Part shown: in pieces, positions 7,286 to 16,070 of the stretch
Position numbering within the stretch: position 1 is the stretch's first letter
Layout of the letters: the number at the start of each line of letters is the position of its first letter
Origin: a virus
Taxonomy: Duplodnaviria; Heunggongvirae; Uroviricota; Caudoviricetes
Length of the DNA: 19,824 nt
Reading direction: 5' to 3' (one strand)
Virus record (IMG/VR): IMGVR_UViG_2585427788_000002
Program-made: the position numbers and the translations under genes
The notes under the pieces: generated by a model
The model's database searches: none
What the model saw: only the letters and a program-made list of their open reading frames with translations
What the model was told of the DNA's origin: nothing

Positions 7286-8380
7286 ATGAGCAGACCGGAC
7301 TGGGGGGCGTTGCAGCAGGAGTATATTGCTGAATACACCCGCTCCGGTATATCTCCGGTGGCATGGTGTGAAGCAAGGGGACTGAATTACGCAACAGCCC
7401 GTCGTTACATCAAAAAAACTCCGAAAAATGCGCAGACAGAAATGTGCAAAACTGCGCAAAAAAGTGCGCAGAAAAAATCTGCGCAGACTGCACAAAAGCG
7501 GAACGAAAAATCTCAGGAAAAAAAGCCAGTATTCGATGCGGGCCTGAATGAGGGCGACGCGGAGGAATTTTCGTTCTGTCCCGATGAATTCGGCATTTCT
7601 GACCAGCAGGCTAAGTTTGCGATGCTTGTTGCTCAGGGTAAAAAGCCGACAGAGGCGTACCGACTAGCCGGTTATGAGGGGCAAGGTGCGACAGCTAACA
7701 GCAACGCCAGTCGTATGCTTAGAAATGCCAGGGTTTTTCGCGCTATCAGCTACTTCCGCAATCAGTACCAGAAACGCTATACCGCAGACCTGGATTTACT
7801 AGTGAGTCAGTTGATGGCTATTGTCCTGGCCGACCCCAATCAGCTTGCACAATTTCGCCGTGTTAACTGCCGTTATTGCTGGGGCGAGAATCATCTCTAC
7901 CAGTGGCGCGATATAGCAGAATTCGACAAGGCAGCGGCGCAGGCTTCCAGAGATGGCAAACCCGAACCGGAATATGGAGGCCTCGGCTTTGTTGATAACG
8001 CCATACCCAATCCGGACTGCCCGAAGTGCTGCGGTGAGGGAACGGGACAGCTTTATATGGCTGATACCACTCTGCTTGATGGGGATGCGCGGCAATTATA
8101 TGCAGGGGCAAAATTCGGAAAATTCGGCGTTGAGATCCTGCTGGAGGATAAGGCTGCCGCCCGGCGTGAATTGTTGCGTTTGTTTTCTGCTGGCGGGGCT
8201 TTATGTGCAGATAAACGGCTACAGGAACTGGAAATTGAACGGCGCAGAATGGAAAACCAGAAGCTGCGCAAAGAGATCGAAACGGTGGAAGATAATGAAC
8301 ATCCCCAGCCTGTGGCGATCAATATTAATGTGGTTGATGCCAGAGTAAGGAGTGATGAAGATGATCTCTCCGACGCTTAA
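7286..8380 (+). CDS. Terminase small subunit (TerS), with N-terminal HTH, low-complexity linker and C-terminal Cys cluster
   Basis: N-terminal HTH (GISPVAWCEARGLNYATARRYI); central region FAMLVAQGKKPTEAYRLAGYEGQGATANSNASRMLRNARV typical of small-terminase domains; sits immediately upstream of the large terminase. Confidence 0.75.
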   Translation: MSRPDWGALQQEYIAEYTRSGISPVAWCEARGLNYATARRYIKKTPKNAQTEMCKTAQKSAQKKSAQTAQKRNEKSQEKKPVFDAGLNEGDAEEFSFCPDEFGISDQQAKFAMLVAQGKKPTEAYRLAGYEGQGATANSNASRMLRNARVFRAISYFRNQYQKRYTADLDLLVSQLMAIVLADPNQLAQFRRVNCRYCWGENHLYQWRDIAEFDKAAAQASRDGKPEPEYGGLGFVDNAIPNPDCPKCCGEGTGQLYMADTTLLDGDARQLYAGAKFGKFGVEILLEDKAAARRELLRLFSAGGALCADKRLQELEIERRRMENQKLRKEIETVEDNEHPQPVAININVVDARVRSDEDDLSDA

Positions 8381-9662
8381 TGTGCCTCAGGCGCGATTTC
8401 TTTCAATGCCCCATAAATTTAAAGCCTATATTGCTGGTTTTGGCTCGGGCAAAACATGGGTTGGGTGTGGCGGCATATGCAAGGGGATTTGGGAGCATCC
8501 AGGTATAAATCAGGGATATTTTGCGCCAACGTATCCCCAAATTCGCGATATTTTTTACCCTACAGTGGAAGAAGTTGCTGCTGACTGGGGATTGAACGTA
8601 AAAATTAATGAGGGAAATAAAGAGGTTCACTTTTATTACGGACGCCAGTATCGGGGAACCACTATCTGCAGATCGATGGAGAAGCCACAAACGATCGTCG
8701 ATTTCAAAATTGGTAATGCGTTGGTGGATGAACTGGACATTTTGCCGAAGGAAAAAGCCAGAACGGCGTGGCGCAAGATAATTGCACGTATGCGTTATAA
8801 GATTGATGGACTTCGCAACGGTATTGACGTTACAACCACGCCGGAAGGATTCAAATTTGTCTACGAGCAGTTTGTTAAAGCCGTGCGTGAAAAAACAGAG
8901 CTGGCCTCACTGTATGGTCTGGTGCAGGCATCTACTTTCGATAATGAAAAGAACCTGCCAGCAGATTACATTCCTTCGCTTCTTGAATCATACCCTCCAG
9001 AGCTGATTAAAGCCTATCTTCGAGGACAGTTTACTAACCTGACAAGTGGTACTGTTTACCATCAGTTTGACCGGAAACTGAATAATTGCGAAGAAGTGGA
9101 GCAGCCAGGGGAGCCGATTTATATTGGGATGGATTTTAACGTTGGAAAGATGGCGGGAATCGTCCATGTGCTGCGTTTGGGGCTTCCATGTGCGGTAACT
9201 GAAATCATCAATGCCTACGATACGCCGGATATGATCCGCATCATTAAAGAACGCTTCTGGCTGTATGATGGGAATGATTACCGGAAAGTGAGGGAAATTT
9301 ATATTTATCCAGATGCTTCCGGGGATTCCAGAAAATCAAGTAACGCAAGTACGACGGATATAGCCCAGCTTAAGCAGGCTGGTTTTAACGTTGTGGTGAA
9401 CAGCTCGAACCCGCCAGTAAAAGATCGCGTTAACTCAATGAATGCAATGTTCTGCAATGCCAATGGTGAGCGTCGCTATAAAGTTAATGTGAAGCGTTGC
9501 CCGTTATATGCCGAATCTCTGGAGCAACAGGTCTGGGATGAGAAGGGGGAGCCTGATAAAAAATCTGGCAATGATCACCCGAATGATGCCGGAGGTTATT
9601 TCATCGTTAAGCAATTCCCTATTGTCAAACCGACCGGAAGAGTCACATCACTTCGGATTTAA
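8361..9662 (+). CDS. Terminase large subunit (TerL), ATPase plus nuclease
   Basis: Walker A AGFGSGKT near the N-terminus; C-terminal RNaseH-like nuclease region (YPDASGD); RBS AAGGAG (8347-8352) before ATG 8361. Alternative starts GTG 8352 and ATG 8355. Confidence 0.9.
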   Translation: MISPTLNVPQARFLSMPHKFKAYIAGFGSGKTWVGCGGICKGIWEHPGINQGYFAPTYPQIRDIFYPTVEEVAADWGLNVKINEGNKEVHFYYGRQYRGTTICRSMEKPQTIVDFKIGNALVDELDILPKEKARTAWRKIIARMRYKIDGLRNGIDVTTTPEGFKFVYEQFVKAVREKTELASLYGLVQASTFDNEKNLPADYIPSLLESYPPELIKAYLRGQFTNLTSGTVYHQFDRKLNNCEEVEQPGEPIYIGMDFNVGKMAGIVHVLRLGLPCAVTEIINAYDTPDMIRIIKERFWLYDGNDYRKVREIYIYPDASGDSRKSSNASTTDIAQLKQAGFNVVVNSSNPPVKDRVNSMNAMFCNANGERRYKVNVKRCPLYAESLEQQVWDEKGEPDKKSGNDHPNDAGGYFIVKQFPIVKPTGRVTSLRI

Positions 9663-9664
9663 TT

Positions 9665-11071
9665 ATGGCTGATATATCAACACCCAACCTCGACTATAAC
9701 GATATGCTGGAGGCGTGGGATATTAACGACGCACTGATGGGCGGTACGCTTGAAATGCGCAGGCAGGGGGAAAATTATCTCCCAAAATGGCCTAACGAAG
9801 ATGAAGACGCTTATAAAAAACGCCTGTCTGTGGCTACGCTACTTCCTGTGTATGAAGAAAGCATCAAGCAAAATATTGGGCGCATATTTGCAGAGCCGAC
9901 AGTATTGAGTGAGGAAACGCCGGCAAAAATCAGGGAATATGCAGAAAATATCGACATGGAGGGGAGCCGACTGGATGTGTGGGCGCAGCAATTTTTCAGC
10001 CTCGCATTTCAGTATGGTGTGGCACATGCGCTGGTGGACTATCCACGAACGGATATGAAAGAGATTCGTACAAAAGCCGATGAAAACGCGACCGGTGGTC
10101 GTCCGTACGTTACGATGCTGAATCCACGCCAGGTTATTGGATGGAAATCGAAAGTTGAAAAAGGGAAAGTTGTTCTCACTGATTTGCGTATAAAAGAGGT
10201 CATCATTATTGATGGTGATGATTTCGGGCAGAAGAAGGTGGAGCAGATCCGCCATATTATGCCCCGTCGAGTTGAAATTTATCGACGTAGCGAAGGCACT
10301 AATGGCGAATCTGTCTGGACGCTTCATGAGTCATGGAATACCAGCCGTGATGATATTCCTCTGGTAACACTGTACACGAAGAAAACAGGATTTATGCGTG
10401 GTACACCGCCATTGCTTAATCTTGGCTTGCTGAATATCAAGCACTGGCAAAGCCAGAGCGAGCAGGACAATATTCTTTATGTTACCCGCGTTCCATTGCT
10501 GGTGGCCTACGGGCTGGACAGGAATGAAGAACTGACGGTTGGTGCATCCACCGCTACGATTTTTGAGGACAGAACAAAAAATGGCCTCGAATATGTTGAA
10601 CATAGTGGCGCAGCGATAGAATCTGGCGAAACATCACTTGAGAAGCTGGAAAATCAGATGCGTCATGCCGGCGCTAAACTTCTGCGTGCTGAAAATACAT
10701 CCACCAAATCTGTTGATCAGACTAATGAAGAGCGAATGCAGGAAAACTCGCCGCTTTATACAATGGCGAACTCCCTCGAAGATGCCCTCGATAATATTCT
10801 CCAGATAATGGCGGAATGGATCGGAGAGAGTTGCGGTGGCAATGTGGATGTGCGCACTGAACTGGATGTATCTGCCCAGGTGTTTGACTCATCCTCCGCG
10901 CTGGCTGTTCAGTCATTGCGTCAGGGCGGTGATATACGTCAGATTGATGCGGTTCGGGTGTTGCAGGCGTTGAAATTTATCGATCAGGATTCCCGTCCAG
11001 AGGAAGTGATCGATGAATTAAAAAATCAGAGTGTAATGCTGATGGAAATCAATGATGCAAACCGTGAATGA
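9665..11071 (+). CDS. Portal protein (probable)
   Basis: 468-aa ORF starting 3 nt after the TerL stop and followed by an SPP1 gp7-like head-morphogenesis gene, which is the canonical position. Family not confirmed by motif. Confidence 0.7.
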   Translation: MADISTPNLDYNDMLEAWDINDALMGGTLEMRRQGENYLPKWPNEDEDAYKKRLSVATLLPVYEESIKQNIGRIFAEPTVLSEETPAKIREYAENIDMEGSRLDVWAQQFFSLAFQYGVAHALVDYPRTDMKEIRTKADENATGGRPYVTMLNPRQVIGWKSKVEKGKVVLTDLRIKEVIIIDGDDFGQKKVEQIRHIMPRRVEIYRRSEGTNGESVWTLHESWNTSRDDIPLVTLYTKKTGFMRGTPPLLNLGLLNIKHWQSQSEQDNILYVTRVPLLVAYGLDRNEELTVGASTATIFEDRTKNGLEYVEHSGAAIESGETSLEKLENQMRHAGAKLLRAENTSTKSVDQTNEERMQENSPLYTMANSLEDALDNILQIMAEWIGESCGGNVDVRTELDVSAQVFDSSSALAVQSLRQGGDIRQIDAVRVLQALKFIDQDSRPEEVIDELKNQSVMLMEINDANRE

Positions 11072-12167
11072 ACGGCTGCGTGATGAATCAATTGCTCATG
11101 CAGTCTGGATATCCCGCTATAGCACTGGCGTGGCTGCCAGAATGGTGAAAATACTGAATGACAGCGATGCGGAACTTACTGCTCGCCTGCTGATAGCACT
11201 GGACAGCCTCGATCCAGGTAATTTTACCGTTAAGCGCCTGGAGTCACTTCTGGCGAGCGTCAGAAAGGTTAACCGCACTGCTATTAACAGCATGTTTACC
11301 AGTCTCTCCGGAGAGCTGAACGAGCTGGCAATTTATGAGGCTGGTTATCAGTTAAGTCTGTTTGATTCTATGCTACCTGATTTTGTTGCTGATGTTCACC
11401 CTCTGGTTGGTATCTCTCCTGATGCACTTTATGCCGCTGCAATGGCGCGACCATTCCAGGGACGACTGCTCAGTGAGTGGGCCTCAGATCTTGAGGCGGA
11501 TCGGCTCAGACGCATAACAAATACAGTGCGTCAGGGTTTTTTGCTGGGGGATACCAATGAGCAGATCGCAAGAAAAATTCGGGGACATGTCAGTAAGGGA
11601 TTTCAGGATGGTGCATTGCAGATGAGCCGGGCTAATGCGGCCAGCATTGCAAAAACAGCGGTTGGACATCTTGCTGCTACTGCCCGTGAGAGTTTTGCCA
11701 GCGCGAATAATGATTTGATTAAGGGTAAGCAATGGTTATCAACGCTTGATAATCGTACTACGCCACAATGTCGAATCAGGGATCGCCTCAAATATACGCT
11801 GAATAATAAACCTGTAGGTCACAGCGTGCCTTATTTGCAGGGGCCGGGAAAAATTCATTTCTGCTGCCGCTCAACGGAAACGTTCATTCTGAAATCAGCG
11901 AAGGAACTGGGTATTGATGTTCGCGATATTTCCCCGGCTGAGCGGGCCAGCATGGATGGCGTGGTGGCCGGAGATACAACCTACAGGGAATGGTTTTTGC
12001 GTCAGCCTTACACCAGACAAAAACAGATTGTGGGGGAAACCCGAGCAAAGCTGATTCGGGATGGTGGTATGTCGCCAGATGAATTTTACACCGATAAAGG
12101 CGAATGGCTGACGCTGAAGCAGCTCCGTGAGCGTGATGCACAGGTATTCAGAAAAGCAGGGATTTAA
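11052..12167 (+). CDS. Head morphogenesis / minor capsid protein (SPP1 gp7 / Mu F-like)
   Basis: 371-aa ORF overlapping the portal 3' end by 20 nt; position and size fit gp7/F-like proteins. Assignment by context and general resemblance. Confidence 0.65.
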   Translation: MMQTVNERLRDESIAHAVWISRYSTGVAARMVKILNDSDAELTARLLIALDSLDPGNFTVKRLESLLASVRKVNRTAINSMFTSLSGELNELAIYEAGYQLSLFDSMLPDFVADVHPLVGISPDALYAAAMARPFQGRLLSEWASDLEADRLRRITNTVRQGFLLGDTNEQIARKIRGHVSKGFQDGALQMSRANAASIAKTAVGHLAATARESFASANNDLIKGKQWLSTLDNRTTPQCRIRDRLKYTLNNKPVGHSVPYLQGPGKIHFCCRSTETFILKSAKELGIDVRDISPAERASMDGVVAGDTTYREWFLRQPYTRQKQIVGETRAKLIRDGGMSPDEFYTDKGEWLTLKQLRERDAQVFRKAGI

Positions 12168-12187
12168 ATAAATCATTTATTACAACA

Positions 12188-12211
12188 GGCTACCTTCGGG
12201 TGGCCTTTTTT
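12188..12211 (+). terminator. Rho-independent terminator after the head-morphogenesis gene
   Basis: 7-bp stem GGCTACC/GGTGGCC (one G-U pair) with TTCG tetraloop, followed by TTTTTTATT. Confidence 0.6.
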
Positions 12212-12271
12212 ATTGCTGCGATCCGGATGGTGAGCAGCGTAACTGTCGGAAGACTTAAACCAGGTACTAAT

Positions 12272-13036
12272 ATGAAACTGAAAACGGTCGAGATTAACGG
12301 AAAACAATACGCAGAAATTGATACTGCTGGCCTGCCAGTTTATGTGCACGACGATGGTAAAGAAATTGGCTTCGATGCACCGCTGGCGACAAAAAAAATT
12401 ACAGAGCTTAATGGCGAGGCAAAAAATCATCGCCTGGCTAAAGAAGCTGCAGAGGAAAAACTGGCTAAGTTTGCCGCTATCGAAGACCCGAAGAAGGCGA
12501 TCGAGGCACTGGAAATGCTGTCAAAAATCGACCAGAAAAAGCTGCTCGATGCGGGACAGGTTGACCAGGTTAAGGCAGAAATTACGAAAAATTTTCAGCA
12601 GCAATTAGATGAAGAAAAGCAACGCTCTCAGATGCTGGAGAAGCAGCTTTACGATTCTATGATTGGCGGTAGTTTTGCGGGTTCAAAATATATTGCCGAT
12701 AAAATTGCGATCCCGGCAGATTTATTACAAGCCCGCTTCGGGCAGGCATTCAAAGTGGAAGAAGGGAGGATCGTTGCTTATGACGCTTCCGGCAACAAAA
12801 TTTATTCCCGCGCGAAGCCTGGCGAACTGGCGCAGTTTGATGAGGCGCTGGAGTTCCTTGTCGAAAATTACCCTCAGAAAGACTACATCCTGAAAGCCAG
12901 TGGCAACAATGGCGGCGGCTCCCGTCCGACACAGCATGATATTGGTCAGAAAACGATGAAACGCTCTGCTTTTGATGCACTGGATGTTGCAGGTAAGCAA
13001 AACGCATTGAAAGACGGTATCACAATCGTTGATTAA
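12272..13036 (+). CDS. Capsid scaffolding protein (probable)
   Basis: Highly charged, helical, Lys/Glu/Ala-rich protein immediately upstream of the major capsid gene. Start chosen at ATG 12272 (MKLKTVEINGKQY) because the longer ORF start at 12200 lies inside the terminator. Confidence 0.55.
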   Translation: MKLKTVEINGKQYAEIDTAGLPVYVHDDGKEIGFDAPLATKKITELNGEAKNHRLAKEAAEEKLAKFAAIEDPKKAIEALEMLSKIDQKKLLDAGQVDQVKAEITKNFQQQLDEEKQRSQMLEKQLYDSMIGGSFAGSKYIADKIAIPADLLQARFGQAFKVEEGRIVAYDASGNKIYSRAKPGELAQFDEALEFLVENYPQKDYILKASGNNGGGSRPTQHDIGQKTMKRSAFDALDVAGKQNALKDGITIVD

Positions 13037-13134
13037 CACATTTGTCAGCTTCCGGATGGGAGCTGGTGTCAGGGCTGGATAGCTCATTACTCCATCTATT
13101 CACAATTACGCAAATTTTTAAGGAATATTTAATT

Positions 13135-14274
13135 ATGGCTGGAAATACCCTGACCGGGTTGATCCCGACTATTTATACCGCCCTGGATGTTGTATCCCGT
13201 GAGCAGGTAGGTTTTATCCCTGCGGTAGCAAAAAACGCAAAAGCTGACGCCGCAGCAAAAGATCAGACGGTAACCGCGCCAGTTGCGCCTGAGGCGAAAA
13301 CCGAAGATATCGTACCGGGGCCGTCAGCTCCGAATACCGGTGATCAAAATATTGGCACTGTTGATGTAAAAATTACTAAATCCAAAATGGCACCGGTTAA
13401 ATGGAATGGTGAAGAACAACTGGCTCTTGGCCCTTCAGGGACTTACAACACCATTCTGGCTGATCAGTTCAAGCAGGCTTTTCGCGCCCTTGCAAACGAG
13501 GTTGAGGCTGATCTTGGTGCGTTGTATTTCGGTGCTTCCCGCGCCGTGGGAACCGCAGGGACAACGCCGTTTGGTGTTAAAGATGATCTTTCTGATGCTG
13601 CTCTGGCTCGTCAGGTTCTGGAGGATAACGGCGCACCGACAACCGATCTGCAGATGGTGCTTGGCTCCACTGCCATTGCTAATTTGCGCGGAAAACAGTC
13701 TGTATTGTTTAAAGTGAATGAATCCGGCACTGAACAGCTACTGCGTGAGGGCGTGTTGGGGTGTCTGGAGGGATTCAATATTCACAGTTCGGCAGGTGTG
13801 AAACGAGCGCCAAAGGTTGCTGCAACTGGTTATCTCGTGAATGGAGAGAAAAAAGAAGGCGATGTTCTTATTTCCATTGATACTGGTTCGGGGAGTATTT
13901 CTGCAGGTCAGATTGTTACGTTCGCTGGTGATCCGAATCAGTATGTTGTGGCAGCAGCGACCAGCAATCTGATTACTCTTGCAGCGCCCGGACTGCGTCA
14001 GGATCTGGCCGATGATACTGCCATCACAGTTGTTGGGGCCTTTACGGCAAATATGGCGTTTGATCGCAACGCGTTTCTGCTGGCATCCCGTACTCCGGCA
14101 ATGCCGGAAGGTGGCGATAATGCTGATGATGTAATGAATGTTACGGACCCGATTTCAGGGATTACGTTCCAGATTGCACTGTATCGTCAGTATCGCCAGG
14201 TGCGCTATGAAGTTGGACTGGCATGGGGTGTTTCATCAGTGAAGCCGGCACATGGTTGTCTGATTCTTGGTTAA
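13135..14274 (+). CDS. Major capsid protein
   Basis: About 380 aa, starting at ATG 13135 after RBS AAGGA (13120-13124); follows the scaffold gene and is followed by a strong terminator. Confidence 0.75.
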   Translation: MAGNTLTGLIPTIYTALDVVSREQVGFIPAVAKNAKADAAAKDQTVTAPVAPEAKTEDIVPGPSAPNTGDQNIGTVDVKITKSKMAPVKWNGEEQLALGPSGTYNTILADQFKQAFRALANEVEADLGALYFGASRAVGTAGTTPFGVKDDLSDAALARQVLEDNGAPTTDLQMVLGSTAIANLRGKQSVLFKVNESGTEQLLREGVLGCLEGFNIHSSAGVKRAPKVAATGYLVNGEKKEGDVLISIDTGSGSISAGQIVTFAGDPNQYVVAAATSNLITLAAPGLRQDLADDTAITVVGAFTANMAFDRNAFLLASRTPAMPEGGDNADDVMNVTDPISGITFQIALYRQYRQVRYEVGLAWGVSSVKPAHGCLILG

Positions 14275-14284
14275 ACATTCAAAC

Positions 14285-14304
14285 GGGGCTTCGGCCCCAT
14301 TTTT
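14285..14304 (+). terminator. Rho-independent terminator after the major capsid gene
   Basis: GGGGC-TTCG-GCCCC hairpin followed by ATTTTT. Confidence 0.6.
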
Positions 14305-14316
14305 AATGGGGGGCAT

Positions 14317-14493
14317 ATGGCCGGATTAACTAAAGAGCAAAGAGCACAGCGTGAAGCCGCACAAAAAACGCAAATTGAGTTAGTGGTTATGGTGACCGAT
14401 TATCAGATGTTTCCCGGCGCACCAACTATCGCTAATGTTCATCCTGATGAAGTTGACAACTGGAAGGCTATGGGCTGGAAAACTCAGGAGTAA
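14317..14493 (+). CDS. Small hypothetical protein (58 aa)
   Basis: ATG 14317 after a purine-rich stretch; translation MAGLTKEQRAQREAAQKTQIELVVMVTDYQMFPGAPTIANVHPDEVDNWKAMGWKTQE; below the length cut-off of the ORF track; fills the gap between the capsid terminator and the connector gene. Confidence 0.35.
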   Translation: MAGLTKEQRAQREAAQKTQIELVVMVTDYQMFPGAPTIANVHPDEVDNWKAMGWKTQE

Positions 14494-14496
14494 CAC

Positions 14497-14891
14497 ATGA
14501 TCACTTACGTGACCTGTGATGACGTTGATAATGCGTTTGGGAACGCCTGGACGAGTGAGAACGCTAAAAATAAAGCTGTTTTAATGGCTAATGCCTGGCT
14601 TAATGGCTCAACCTGAAAATTAACCCATCCCGTATTCCGGAAGAGGTAAAACTTGCGGGAGCATATGCAGCCAGAATTGCCTCATTCGGTAAGTTGTTTC
14701 AGCAGAAAAATGATTCTGGCGTTGTTATCAGTAAAGCCGTGTCGGCTGACGGGGTCAGTGTATCGAAATCATTTTCTGAGTTGCCAGCAAACAGCACTGC
14801 ATTGCTTGAACCCGATTTACAGCTTGCGATAGCACTGCTGAAACCGTACGGACTTAGTCGCTCACAAGTCAGGGTTGTGAGGGGGGGATAA
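14497..14891 (+). pseudogene. Head-tail connector/adaptor gene disrupted by a frameshift near 14601-14612
   Basis: Frame +1 reads MITYVTCDDVDNAFGNAWTSENAKNKAVLMANAWLNGST* (stop 14614-14616); frame 0 continues from 14604 as WLNLKINPSRIPEEVKLAGAYAARIASFGKLFQQKNDSG... to 14891 with no ATG. A single-base indel in ...AATGGC(C)TCAACCTG... would join them into one ~130-aa protein. Confidence 0.5.
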
Positions 14892-15274
14892 TGGGGCTTC
14901 GTGAAGAGATTCAGTCAGAGGTTGCCGCTGCTTTTGATGAGGATTTAGCGGACGCCGTGAGTGATTTTTCTGGTTCTTACGTTACGCACCGGCACTGGGA
15001 TCCTGTGACGGAAACTGGCGGCGAATCCACCGCAATCTATACCGGGCGAGGCGTGTTGACACGTTATAAGCTGGGCAGAATTGATGGGATTAATATTTTG
15101 CATGGTGACCTTAAATTAACCGCTCTGGTATGCGAGGTTACGGATAAACCAGCTGTCGACCATATTATTGAGATTTATGATCCTGTATCAAGGCAGTTAC
15201 AACGATACGAGGTAATTACAGCAAGTGTAGATCCTTCCGCATCAGTTTACTCTATCCAGTTAAGGAGAGCGTAA
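14891..15274 (+). CDS. Head closure / head-tail joining protein (probable)
   Basis: 127-aa ORF coupled to the upstream ORF (TAATG overlap), in the neck-gene position. Family not confirmed. Confidence 0.5.
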   Translation: MGLREEIQSEVAAAFDEDLADAVSDFSGSYVTHRHWDPVTETGGESTAIYTGRGVLTRYKLGRIDGINILHGDLKLTALVCEVTDKPAVDHIIEIYDPVSRQLQRYEVITASVDPSASVYSIQLRRA

Positions 15275-15655
15275 ATGGCAAAGGCATGGGATATAGAACC
15301 GTCAATATTTGCCGGGATGATTGAGGAAGATGTAGGGCTGAAGATTCGCTACATCGCTATTCAGATTCTTACTGCTATTGATATTGCTGCTCCGGTTGAT
15401 ACCGGACGTTTCAGAAATAACAACCTGGTGTCGTTACAGCATCCCGATTTTGGTATATCTGATAACGTGGATCCGAACGGTACGATTGCTGTTCAGCGTG
15501 GGATCGGGGTTATTTCGAAAGCTGCAAATTACGGAGTTATTTATATCCAGAATAACCTTCCTTATGCAGAGGCTCTTGAAAACGGTCATTCACAACAAGC
15601 GCCAACTGGCGTGTATGCCAACGCTTTTCATGGTGTTTTACAGGCTTACAAATGA
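15275..15655 (+). CDS. Tail completion / neck protein, HK97 gp10-like family
   Basis: Contains the DTGRFRNN motif characteristic of HK97 gp10-family proteins; start is adjacent to the upstream stop. Confidence 0.6.
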   Translation: MAKAWDIEPSIFAGMIEEDVGLKIRYIAIQILTAIDIAAPVDTGRFRNNNLVSLQHPDFGISDNVDPNGTIAVQRGIGVISKAANYGVIYIQNNLPYAEALENGHSQQAPTGVYANAFHGVLQAYK

Positions 15656-16044
15656 CGTTTACTGAAATCAGAAATACGGTTATTTCCAGAATGACGGCAC
15701 AGACGATTATTGATGGAAAAGACGTATTGTATCCGAACGCGCCAACGTTCGATCCTTCCGGTAAGTTAATCTGGGCGCGGTTAAGTAATATTCCCGGGCA
15801 GGCTGGAGTTAATGAAATTGGCGCGGGGCCGATTGTTTATCGCACGGGGATAATCATTATTCAGTTATTTGTCCCCGCAGGTTCTGGTTCAAAACTCATT
15901 ACTGAGACAGCCGATAAATTGCGGGAACTGTTTGAGTTTCAGGATGACGATCGTCTCAGTTACCAGGCTGTTTCCTCAATAGCCGTTGGCGAAAAGAATG
16001 GCTGGTTCCAGCTTAATCTTCAAATTCCATATCGCGCGCTCTAG
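15652..16044 (+). CDS. Tail terminator-like protein (probable)
   Basis: 130-aa ORF with ATGA overlap to the upstream gene, immediately before the major tail gene. Assignment by position. Confidence 0.5.
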   Translation: MTFTEIRNTVISRMTAQTIIDGKDVLYPNAPTFDPSGKLIWARLSNIPGQAGVNEIGAGPIVYRTGIIIIQLFVPAGSGSKLITETADKLRELFEFQDDDRLSYQAVSSIAVGEKNGWFQLNLQIPYRAL

Positions 16045-16070
16045 CGCAATTAATGACATAGGAGGCTCCT

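Noticed and set aside
7953-8348. 131-aa + strand ORF in an alternative frame within terS
   Set aside because: Wholly embedded out of frame in the small-terminase gene with no RBS; unlike Rz1 it has no recognisable protein features.
12200-12271. Longer start for the scaffold ORF at 12200 (MAFFIAAIRMVSS...)
   Set aside because: These codons overlap the terminator hairpin and U-tract at 12188-12211; the ATG at 12272 is the more plausible start.
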